Positions 52,477 through 64,000 of a stretch of DNA of 64,000 nt are shown in pieces. A program made the translations under genes and the position numbers. Position 1 is the stretch's first letter, and every line of letters starts with the position of its first letter. The notes under the pieces are model-generated. The model searched no databases, was not told the DNA's origin, and saw only the letters and a program-made list of their open reading frames with translations. The stretch lies in the NCBI RefSeq assembly GCF_009914755.1, contig NC_060941.1; one strand, written 5' to 3'. Origin of the DNA: the human T2T-CHM13v2.0 reference genome, Homo sapiens.

Positions 52477-54006
52477 CTATCAAGTATTTATATGAAGAAA
52501 CCTCTCCTAAGCCACACTCCAATCACCCCTCTTCCTCAAAGAGATTATCAGACTCTGACTTTTTCTCAGTTTTGGTCCTCTTGGAGTTTGGTTCTTTAGC
52601 TGTTTAAAATCTTATGAAGGCAAACTTTGATCATTTAGGCTCTTTTCTCAAAGTTCCAAAGTAGACTGCTCCCTAACAGGTAGGTTTTATTTTGTGGAAT
52701 TCAGGTTTACAAATTGGACATTACTACATTAGCTTCTGCTACCTATAAAAGCTTTGAATAGGTGGGCTTTTATTTCATGAATTACCTGATTATCTGAAAA
52801 TTAACTCTTTTGTCCTTCTTCAGCCCCCACTAAAGTGAGGTCAGCTCAGGGAATGCAGCAGAAATTCACCTGGAAGCAAGCGAGGCTGGGGCCCAGAAAC
52901 CCCCTGGGCTGGGCCATGCTTCCAGTCCAGTTCCCATCTTTTATGGATGCCTAGCCCTGACCCTCAGAGGACCCTGGGTGAGGCCTGGAGGAGCCCCTCT
53001 TCCCAAATAGACTTCATTTGTCCCTTGAGGCTCAGCTCACTGCAGTTAACTAACTAATGAGTAACTCAGTGTAAGAACACACAATGCTAATTATTATAAT
53101 TAATTATAATAGTGATAGTCATTAAAACAAGGAACTTCTGCCCAGCACTACAAGTGACTCACAGCCATCATCTCAGCTGATAAACAGCTGGGAGAAAGAT
53201 ACTCTTTCTTCCTTTTGACCCGTGAAGAAACTGAAGCTCAGAGAGGTTAAGGGATTTATCTACGGCTGCACAGGGACCCCTCCTTCAGGTCTGTCGGACT
53301 TGTATCCACCCCACCTCTCTGCCCCCTCTCCTGCCTCTCCTTTCCAGAAGGTTCTAGGTCCCAGGAACTCCAAGGCTCAACCCAAGGATAGAGATCCAAG
53401 GTCCTGCCGGGGCAGTCAGGAGGCCTTACGTGCCCTCTCCTGTGGCTTCCTTCTCAGCCGAGTTCTGTGCTGCTCTAAGCTGGGGAAGCCTACTCCCCAA
53501 GAAGCAGGACACCCGGAAGGTGTTTCCCCCTGGCTTTGAGGCTGGTTATACATTGCTTTCCTCCAGCAGATTAACATTTGCTAATGGGGCCTGGCACGGT
53601 GACACCAACGTAGGGTTGCTCTCTGCATGCCTGTGCTGTGGGGTTGGTGGTGGGGGCAAGGCAGTGGTGGGGGCAAGGTCAGGGCAGTGAGTGAGGTCGC
53701 CTGTGGTCATCCTCCACTGTGCTGGGGGGTTGTTATCTCTCAGGGCTTAGCACTTGTTGGGGATGGGTGAAGTCCAGTCCCGAGTCACAGTGTGTGTTGT
53801 GGGAGGTTGCTGATATTCATAGCCCTGTATGTTTGAGTAATGACAATATCCACCTCCACCTTCAGGGTGAGGAGCTGTTGGCCTATCTGTGTCTGTCTGT
53901 CTGTCTGTCTGTCATCTGCACCTGTCTCTCCGAGGGAAAGAAGGCAGGCCCCAGGGTCTTTCCCCAGGATGGCCTTGGGTGAGCTCCTGCTGTCCTCTCT
54001 GCCCAG

Positions 54007-55130
54007 GAAATGAAGGCCCTTTGAGGTCAGGTGGATGAGGATGTCAGTGTGAAGATGGACACTGTGCCTGGAGTGAACCTGAGCTGGATCCTGAATGAGA
54101 TGCATGACCAGGACAAGAAATTGGTGGAGAAGAGCTACAAGGATGCCAAGGGCTGTTTCTTCAGCATGGTGGGTGGCCATATGTAAGCAGGTGTGCACAC
54201 ATGTGGGCACATGTGCTGCATGCTGGTGCAGCTGGAACGCTGGCAGATCCACAGGCTGTCCCAGTTGGAAGGACTTTGGAAACCAGTTGGACCAGCCCCT
54301 CATGATTTCGATGTAAAATGTGAGGCTCAGAGAGGACTCAAGCTCACACAGCCCTTCACTGTGGCCTGCAAAATAGATCCAGGTCTCTACAAGTCTGGTC
54401 TTGGGTTTCCACCACAGCTGTTTACAGGATGTGTGTATTTGAGTACATACGCATACCCTTGGCAAGCACAGGCTGAGTGTCTCCAGTGTCCTAGGGACAG
54501 CAACAGGTGCAAAAGAATAACACCCAGTGCCTGTCTTTGAGGTGCCGCAGTTCGGTAGGGGTAAGAAATGCAAACAACCGCAGAGCAGGCTGAATTCCTC
54601 CAAGGTCCAACGTGGGTGCAGAGGGTCTTTGTGTGCAGGTGCCTTTGGGGCCCCATAGAGGCCAGGGAGGGGCTAGGATATGGTTCTCAGCCCCTTTCCT
54701 GTGCCCCACTTCTGAAAATCTCCTGAAACCCCTGTGGCCCACTCTGCCTTCCAGAGAGAGGGGCTGAACTGCGAGGTGGCCACCAACACAGAGGCCCTGC
54801 AGAGCGGCAGGATAGAGATATGGAGCTCTACATCTCTGTGCAGAACCTGAGCCATCCCAGCTCAGCAAGGTAGGGCCTCTGTCCCCTCCCCACCCTGTAC
54901 CTATCACCCCAGGGTGAGCCCAGCCTTATAGACCCCTGCTTGGAGGTGTGTTACGGGACCCAACTGGCCCAGCTGCAGGGGCTCATCAGAAGCATGGAGC
55001 AGCAGCTGTGCGAGCTCTGCTGCGACGCGGAGCACCAGGACCATGAGCACCAGGTCCTTCTGGACGTGAAGACACGGCTGGAGCAGGAGATCGCCACCTA
55101 CAGCCGCTTGCTAGAGGTTGAGGACGCTCA
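54007..55130 (+). pseudogene. Unprocessed type I keratin pseudogene fragment (exons 4-6 equivalent; KRT42/KRT17-like)
   Basis: Exon 54007-54168 (162 nt; EMKAL*GQVDEDVSVKMDTVPGVNLSWILNEM..., stop at 54022-54024); exon 54755-54869 (115 nt, frameshifted; EVATNTEALQSG...SQLSK); 5'-truncated exon about 54941-55130 with the rod-end motif [20 protein letters not shown] and donor CA|GTGAGT. Confidence 0.9.
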
Positions 55131-55879
55131 GTGAGTGTGCACCCGGGTACCTGCTGGGGCGGGCTGGGGGCCCACTTCACCTAGGAAGAAGTTGGTGTCT
55201 GAGCACCAGTGAAGTTCAGGAGGTGTGAATGTGGGAACCTGTGGGGGTTTGCAGGAGGTGAAACTGACAATGCAGGCTGGAGTCTGATTGAGGAGCCTTG
55301 AATGCCAAGTTAAAGCGTCTGGATTAGATCACGTAGGCAATGGGGAGCCATGGAGGGATTTGGAGCTGAAGAGGGGAATGAACATCAAGATATTTTAGAA
55401 CATTCACTCTGGCTGCAGAGGGAGAAATGGATCAGAGGGGTCAGGGTGGGGCCAGAGAGATGTGTCAGGGGGCTGGAGCAGGGAGTGTGGCCAGAGAAGT
55501 CCTGCGGGGTGGAGGGTGGGTCGGTGGGGTGGCAGGGGAAGGAAGGTGGTGCACGCAGAAGAGAGGTTATAGCTCAAAACAGCAGGACTGGATGCCTGGA
55601 TCTCAGGGTAAGCGTGACTCACAGTCAGGACTCAGTAAGTGTGGGGTGAACACATGAAGGAGTGGGCATTGATGGCCCTGGATTTCTGGTTCCGATGACT
55701 GTGTGAGTGGTGACACCATCAGCCACAGGGTGAAGAGCAAGGTGGGTGGTGGTCGGGTTTGCAGGTGGGAAGGGTGATCAGGCCTTCAGCTGGCAGTATC
55801 CTGGAGTCTCCATGCTTAGTCACACGTTGCAGCTTTTTGCTCCCCGAAAAGGTTTTTCCATCAAGGTTTTTCCAAAGGA

Positions 55880-57110
<1,231 letters not shown>

Positions 57111-57182
57111 CAAGGACAATGCAAGTGCACGCACACGTGTGCAGACACGTAGTGGAAGCATCCACTGGCTCACACCTGTAGG

Positions 57183-57318
57183 ACACACACACACACACAA
57201 ACATGCACACATACAGAGTTGGTTGAGGATGCTGTTAACACCGTACACCCCCTAATGCATGCTCGCGCGCAAGCACGCACGCGCGCACACACACACACGC
57301 ACACACACACACACGTGA
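57183..57318. repeat. Mixed (CA)/(CG) alternating purine-pyrimidine tract
   Basis: GCTCGCGCGCAAGCACGCACGCGCGCACACACACACACGCACACACACACACACGTG. Confidence 0.85.
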
Positions 57319-57899
57319 TCAAGGGCACCCAGGGCAGAATCTTCCATACCCCTAACAAGGACCCCTAACAAGACGCACAAACACGCACCCATAGAAGTAA
57401 TCAGGGGACCCTACCAGGACACGGAGTCACACTCCTAGGCATGTGTGGACAGGCTGCCTACCCACGGGCAGGACATGGACATGCTCAACTATACGAGGAC
57501 ACTGCAGGCACAGTCTGTGCACACATACTCTCAGGTCACATAAACACAGCACTCTGTAACCTCGAGTCAGTCCCTCACTTGGTCAGTGAGTGGGCTGAAG
57601 CACCCACTGGGACAGGGTGGCTGAGAACCAGGACAGGGCCTGGGAAGTGAGTGATGCAATGAGGTTGGGCGGTACCACCCCCCACCCAACCACCCAGTCC
57701 AGGCTTCCCACATAATCGGGTCACTAAACAAATCCCAGAGGGCCCAGCCCCAGCTGTTGCCTGGCTTTCCAGAAACAGAACTCGGTTGGGAATGGCAGCT
57801 GCTTGGACAGGTCTGTCCCCAGAAAGCCCTGGGCATGGATGGATTCCTGTCTACCCTCTGGTTTCCACTGACACATTTATCTACCAACATTTTGTCCAA

Positions 57900-58830
57900 G
57901 TCTCCTCTTCTGAGCCCTCACCAGAATCACCCTTAATGAAGAGTCACAGGGAGAAGACGTCCACCCACACATCAGGAGACAGGCCTGGAACAGAGCCTTC
58001 CTGCACAGCCTCAGAAGGGACCCACCCTGGTGACACCTTGATCTTGGACTGACACTCATGACCTCCAGTACTGTGAGACAGTAACATTCTGTTGTTGAAG
58101 GTGCCCAGTCTGTGGTACTGTAAAACAGCCCTGGGAAACTAACGCAGCCTGTTAGCCCACAGATGGTGAAGGGATGGAATGCTCCACGGAGCTCCAGGCT
58201 TACTATCTACAGCCCCCAAAGTGTGCTGCGGGACCCTTGGGTGGGTGTAGGTATGCAAGGTAATTTTGGGTGGTTCAAGGTGAATAATTTCAATTGACAT
58301 AATAATGTATTTATCTTGCTGGGTAAATGAGGGATACCCAACTGTTAGGAACCAGGCAACACAGCAGGAGGTGAGCAGCCAGCCAGTGAGCAAAGCTTCA
58401 TCTGTAGAAACAGCCACTTCCCATCCCTCGCATTACCGCATGAGCTCTGCCTCCTGTCAGATGAGCGGTGCCGTTAGATTCTCACAGAAGCATGAACCCT
58501 ACTGTGAACTGCGCATGCCAGGGATCTAGATTGCGTGCTCCTTATGAGAACCTAATGCCTGATGATCTGTGACTGTCTCATCACTGCCAGATGGAACCAC
58601 GTAGTTGCAGGAAAACAAGTTCAGGGCTCCCACTGATTCTACATTATGGTGAGTTGTGTAATTATTTCATTATATATTACAGTAAAATAATAATAGAAAT
58701 AAAGCACACAATAAATGTAATGGGCTTGAATCATCTCCATATCATCCCTTCCCCTTCTCCCGGGTCCGTGGAAGAGTTGTCTTCAAGAAAACTGGTCTCA
58801 GGTAGCAAAAAGGTTGGGAACCACTGGTGT
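57900..58830 (+). mobile_element. MLT1-type MaLR fragment (about 57900-58145) and MER1-type hAT element (about 58330-58830)
   Basis: GACACCTTGATCTTGGAC...TTCTGTTGTTGAAG...CAGCCCTGGGAAACTAA; GTTAGGAACCAGGC..CACAGCAGGAGGTGAGC...AAAAAGGTTGGGAACCACTG. Confidence 0.7.
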
Positions 58831-59025
58831 AAATGCTTTAAGGAATAGTTAAGCAGCTTAAAGTTTACATGCTACAAAAAATACAGGTTTAAATGCTAAT
58901 AAAAATGGGTGCAAATGAAAACACTCTCTTGCTGTGGTCCAAGGAATCTTAGGCATTCTATCAGAAAGACTTACAGCTTGGAGTTGCAGCTGCCCTCCCA
59001 CATCCTGTCCACTGTAACCCCTGCA

Positions 59026-59057
59026 ACACACAAACACGCACACACACACACGCACAT

Positions 59058-59094
<37 letters not shown>
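59026..59094. repeat. Imperfect (CA)n microsatellite
   Basis: Direct reading. Confidence 0.9.
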
Positions 59095-59097
<3 letters not shown>

Positions 59098-59139
59098 TGT
59101 TTCATGCCCTCACTAGGGTGGCCTGGGAGGGAATGCGTG

Positions 59140-59446
<307 letters not shown>

Positions 59447-61020
59447 GGGAATGCATGCTTTTAGGAGAAACGAAGACAACTCAGGACCCTCATTCTCCTG
59501 GTGTTTGCGCAAGTGCCTTCTCCGTAGACCATGCTTCAGTCTCTTTCTTAGTTCTCCTTCTTACTGAAAGAGAAGCAGAGCCCCAGCATGTACCCAGCTG
59601 CTTAGGGCCCAAGCCAAGTGCGCAAGTTTCCTGGGGAGCCTAGTGAGTGGAAGGCACTGCAGATCCTTCCCAAAAGAGGCGTCGGTTTTTTATGGATCCT
59701 TGAGCCCAGGAAGGCAATAGACAAGACATCACGGTTCACCAGAAGAGACAACAAAAATGTAGTGAGGAAGGGCTGTAGTCAAAGGTTTTATGCTCCATGA
59801 GAAGGGATTCTCAGGGCTCTAAGCAGCAGGCAGAAGACTTTATTGTATGTGTGGTTAGGTGACGGTGACCTACAGTTTTCACTGGGAACTGGGATCAAGA
59901 GTAACTCGACCTCCTACTCATGCACGTCTCTCTCTGTCTCTTTGCGTTTTGTGTCTCTCTCCCCATCTCTCGCCCTCCTTATCCTCTCAGCCTCCTCTGT
60001 CTCTCTCCCAATTTCTCTTCCTCTCTCTCATTCCCTTCTCCTCATCTCTCTTTCTCTCTCCTTTTCCAGTTCTCTCTCTCTCCTCATCTCGCTTCATGCC
60101 ACTGTTCAGGCTCCTGGGGCTCCACGTGGACGGTTGGACACAGGACTCCTAGGCTAATTTTCACGGCACAAGCACAGGGCTGCAGGACCTTGGTCCCCCA
60201 CCTCCCAGCACCCTCAAAGTGAGAGGTGTGGGGTGTGCCCATGCTCTCCTGGGTGGGCGCCCCACGCTCCAGGAAGCAGAAACTGCAGGACAAAGCTGGC
60301 GCAAGTGACATGCCCACGTGGCTGCCAGCTTCCATCTTGGGATCTGCTAAGGCCAAAGCAGAGGACACCTGCCCACGACTGACCCCGCACCAGGGTGGGG
60401 GGAGGGGTGGGTTTGGGGTGGGAATGGGGATGGGAGCCGCCACTGCAAAGCAGTCCCTGGCTGGCTTCCTGCCCTGCACCCAGTCATGCAAGGCCTCCCG
60501 TCCCACCCCTGCCCCTCATCACCTCCACCCCTAGGCTGTCCAGATCCAGGCTCCAGAAGTCTCCCAGGATCCAAGAACTAAGGGCAACCACTGGGCTCCG
60601 CAGCCCCTAGTCCATGAGTCAGCCACCCCTCTGCAGGCTGACAAACCTTGGCTGTCACTTATCTTCCGCCCCAAACCAGCCCCAGCCCCATCCTGCTGCA
60701 GGTCTGTGTGGCTGCTGGAGAGGCTGGGCTCCTTTCCTCACCCCGAGGCTGCCTAATATGCTTTCTGGATCCTGGAGAAAACTGACCCACTATTCTCATA
60801 CTGGTGCAACTTCTTCCAAGACCTCAAAACTGGACAACGTGAACTTGTCTTGTTTCTTGTCTCTTCTTGCTAGGGCTGTCATTGGGACAGTCTGAGATGG
60901 GGAGTCGGGGGAGACAATGGATGAATGGATGGATGAATGGACAGCAGTCCAGGGAGATGTCCCTGTGTGTCCTGAACTGGGCCCTTCCTCCAGTGAGAAG
61001 CCTTCCTGAGTGAGTTTATA

Positions 61021-61357
61021 TAGTCATCCCTTGGTATCCATGGAGGATTAGTTCTAGGGTCCCCGGGGATGCCAAAATCCATGGATGCTCAAGTCGCTGA
61101 CATAACATGACCTAGTATTTACATATAAGCTATGCACATTCTCCCGTATACATTAGACCATCTCTAGATTATTCATTATGTGTAATACAATGCAGATGCT
61201 ATATAAATGGTTGTGATACTGTATTTAGGGAATGATGACAAGAACAACGTCTGCACATGTTCAGTAGAGACAACCATCCGATTTGTTTTCTGAATATTTT
61301 CCATCTGCTGTTGGCTGAATCCACAGTTGCAGAGCTCCCAGATACGAGGGCCAAGTG
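61021..61357 (+). mobile_element. MER2 (Tigger-derived MITE)
   Basis: TAGTCATCCCTTGGTATCCATGG...CCAAAATCCATGGATGCTCAAGTC...GATACGAGGGCCAAGTG. Confidence 0.75.
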
Positions 61358-62143
61358 CTTTGAGAGTAGGGTGGGTGAGGTTGCTAATGAGTACAGGGGA
61401 GCAGGTGTTGATCAGGGGGACCCTGCACTGGGCATCTGGACGCCCTGTCTCAGGACTTGAGACTCCGTTTGGATGGCACAGGCAGACTAAGCCCAGGTCA
61501 AAGCCCTCCCCTTGGATGTTCATTTTATCCCAAGCTCTTTCTGGACCCTGGAATTTGGCATCCCCTAGGCCCTGGGTGGGACAGCTGAGCCAGGTTTTAG
61601 ATAACATGTCTAGAAGAGTGGGCCCCTACTGTGTGCCTGGCACTTTCCGCACATGATCCTCTAGCTAGAATATCCAAGGGTCATGGAGAGAAATACCCAG
61701 TTAAAATATCAGAAATGAAAAAGTGATACCATTAGAGACACTAAAAAGACGATTAGAGATACTAAAAATACCATTAAGTAATAGTATTAGCTTTTGTATT
61801 CTGAGATTCAACAGCAGCAGTCACTTCCCTCCACTCCTATGTGTATCCCAGGACCACCCTGGGCGGGGAGGGCTGAGGTCAGGGAGGTCTGAAGCTGGTC
61901 CTGGGCTCCGGGGGTGACAGTGATGAGGAACTGGGTGCACACATGAGTGGGGCAGCCGGGCCTGGCCAGAGAAGCAACACACACGTGCACAGACATGTTT
62001 ATCCACATACACATGTGCACGCATGTGCACAAACACATTGCAGGCAGGCATGTTGACGCCTCAGGCAGCGGAGGACCCTGACTCTGGGCCCTGCTGACCC
62101 GGGCAAGGCCCCATTGTGATGCGTGCCATGACCTCAGAATGTC

Positions 62144-62292
62144 ACTGGTGCTTAGCACCTATCCGCTCTCCAGACTGCGTCTGTGTTCTACGGCAGTTAC
62201 ACACACGCAGTGGTATTCACAAGCGGTTTTGTGGACTCAAAGGTTTTCTCCCTGAGAGGCATAACCCAGGCCAGCTGATTCATCAGAATCAG
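62144..62292 (+). other. USP6: USP6 5' UTR exon homologous to TBC1D3 exon 1 (start approximate)
   Basis: ACTGGTGCTTAGCACC...GCCAGCTGATTCATCAGAATCAG|GTGAGT matches the remembered TBC1D3 leader that splices to GATGGAC. Confidence 0.6.
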
Positions 62293-63305
62293 GTGAGTGT
62301 GACCTGCTCTCTTCCCTCCAGGCTGACTTGGGGACAGTGGCTATGGTATGGGCGGTGTTGGCCTCTGGGCAGCTACAGAGGAGGGTCATCCCTGAGCACT
62401 CACCGGGCGCCCGTTCTACACTGCCCATGTAGACGATTTTCTCTTTCGTCTTCATGGTGGCTTCGTAGAGTGGGTGCTGTTCCCAAATGTACCCATTCGA
62501 CAGGTGAGCCGTCTGGGGTCAGAGAGGCAGTAACTGGCCTGGGAATCCAGACAAGACCCTGGGTTTTGCTCTCAGCCCTGCTGTGTGCCATGCTAGACTT
62601 CAGGCCTCAACCCTGAGACCTCCCTGCTCTAGATCCCAAATCTGCCCAGATTTCCGATCCCAATGGGGCAGAGCCTGGCCCTGGCAGAGACACTGGGATG
62701 GATCCACTGTGGGTGGGGAGGAGGGAAGGGTCCTCAGAACACACCTGGGGCCTAAGCTGGGTCTTGATGGTCACTGTGGGACCCACTGGACACACACAGT
62801 CCCTTGTCTGGGAGTGGCATGGGGAGCCTTCTGCCCTTGGGCAGTTGTGGAAAGTGAAGGAGCCCTGGAGAGCTGGCTGAGGGGAGACTATCTTCCCTTG
62901 TGTTCAAAGGGGTCCAGGCACTGGGGCTCTCCCCAAGTATTTCTTATTCTGTCTGGCCTCGCTTTCCTTTTGCCCTGAGTATTCTCAGGAGGGACGGTCC
63001 ATCTAGATGTCCTCCAGGAGCAAGGACCCACTGTTCTTCATCAGTGACCCAGGAAAATGAAGCCCCCTCCTGTGGGGACAGCTCAGAATGGTGGAGTCCA
63101 CAGTCCCTCCCTGAGAGACATGGTTTCCATGAGCACAGTGGCTGCTTTGGAGACAGTAATCATTTTCATCCCCAAAACCAAACACACTCCTGCTCAAATG
63201 GTGTTATTGCTAAAGCAGCTTCACTGGTTAGACTGAAGGGCCATGGTAGCCCAAGTGATGAGCGGGGTAGAATGGAGCAGTCAGGAGAGATCTTGTTCCC
63301 CGTAG

Positions 63306-63459
63306 GAAACTGGGCATCTCTGTGGCCCTGAACATCCCAGGAGGCCGATCGTACAGAGACCTCTGGTGCCTGACCGCAGTTCACATCCACATCCCTGGAA
63401 TAGACCATCACAGGCTCTTCACCCTTGGCAGGTGGACACCATTCAACCTGCCGGGGCAG
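63306..63459 (+). other. USP6: USP6 5' UTR exon segment directly upstream of the first coding exon
   Basis: Acceptor TTGTTCCCCGTAG|GAAACTGGGCATC and donor GGGGCAG|GTGTGT. Confidence 0.55.
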
Positions 63460-63737
63460 GTGTGTGCCCATTTCATGGCATATGGGGACAACCGGATTCT
63501 CTGTCCAGGTCCCACTCTTCTCGAGTCCTTGGGAAGATGCCCACCCCTGCTTGGGGCTTCAGACTGCAGAGACCCATGGAGGTGTGGGCCATGGGGTTTG
63601 GCCCCTTTTTACCGGAGTGCAGTGGTGGAATGAAGGTTATACAACCAGCCAGCATCTGGGAGCCCGGTGGGAGCGGTTCAGGTGTTCTCCGAAGCTGTCG
63701 GGTACAGTGTAACCTTTAGACAATTTTGTCTCACAGG

Positions 63738-63809
63738 ATGGACATGGTAGAGAATGCAGATAGTTTGCAGGCACAGGAGCGGAAGGACATACTTATGAAG
63801 TATGACAAG
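63738..63809 (+). CDS. USP6: USP6 (TRE17) first coding exon, TBC1D3-derived N-terminus
   Basis: TCACAG|G ATG; MDMVENADSLQAQERKDILMKYDK|GTACAG. This is the USP6 N-terminus; TBC1D3 instead begins MDVVEVAG. Too short to appear in the ORF track. Confidence 0.93.
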
Positions 63810-63971
63810 GTACAGTTCGGTCTGCTCCTTGGAGGGAGGCCTCTTCCAGTGCGCCCTGGTCAAAGGGTCCTGGGTTCCCTAGGAGCACAGGGCAGGGACG
63901 GGTGGCCAATACCCCCAGGCCCTTGCACCCTTTACCTTGGACCCCTCACCAAGGCTCCCTCTGGGTTACAG

Positions 63972-64000
63972 GGACACCGAGCTGGGCTGCCAGAGGACAA
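63972..64000 (+). CDS. USP6: USP6 second coding exon (truncated by the window edge)
   Basis: TTACAG|GGA CAC CGA GCT GGG CTG CCA GAG GAC AA = GHRAGLPEDK, in phase with the previous exon. Confidence 0.9.

Noticed and set aside
53785-54603. 272-aa minus-strand ORF
   Set aside because: Antisense shadow of the keratin pseudogene exon and introns.
60702-60838. Exon-like segment (ctgcag|GTCTGTG...CAAC|gtgaac)
   Set aside because: Weak donor, a stop in the most protein-like frame, no recognisable homology.
63738-64000. Calling the gene TBC1D3
   Set aside because: The N-terminus MDMVENADSLQAQERKDILMKYDK and the adjacency to ZNF232 indicate USP6.

Overview
Human (hominoid) genomic DNA, recognisable as the ZFP3 - ZNF232 - USP6 interval of chr17p13.2. 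Positions 1 to ~52 kb are very Alu-dense (roughly 55-60 Alu pieces by manual count). This part holds ZFP3 (+; non-coding exon 1 in a CpG island, one coding exon, 502 aa, 13 C2H2 fingers) and ZNF232/ZSCAN11 (-; four coding exons that splice into a 444-aa SCAN + 5 C2H2 protein). It also holds a full-length LTR5_Hs (HERV-K HML-2) solo LTR, two ERV1-class solo LTRs and an AluYa5. From ~52.5 kb the sequence becomes nearly Alu-free and is a mosaic: a three-exon type I keratin pseudogene fragment (KRT42-like), a CpG island that is a decayed copy of the first coding exon of DOC2B, and the TBC1D3-derived 5' end of USP6, whose CDS begins at 63738 and runs off the window. The less obvious signals are: (i) a chain of well-formed minus-strand exons running away from the ZFP3 promoter, with the LTR5_Hs lying in sense in one intron; (ii) two fossil C2H2 zinc-finger exons, each downstream of an orphan CpG island; (iii) a DOC2B-derived exon with an intact splice donor pointing toward ZNF232, suggesting promoter capture across the duplicon junction; (iv) two short locally templated insertions. 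Gene and repeat names come from remembered sequences, not from a search. Most ORFs in the supplied track are Alu or GC-rich artefacts.
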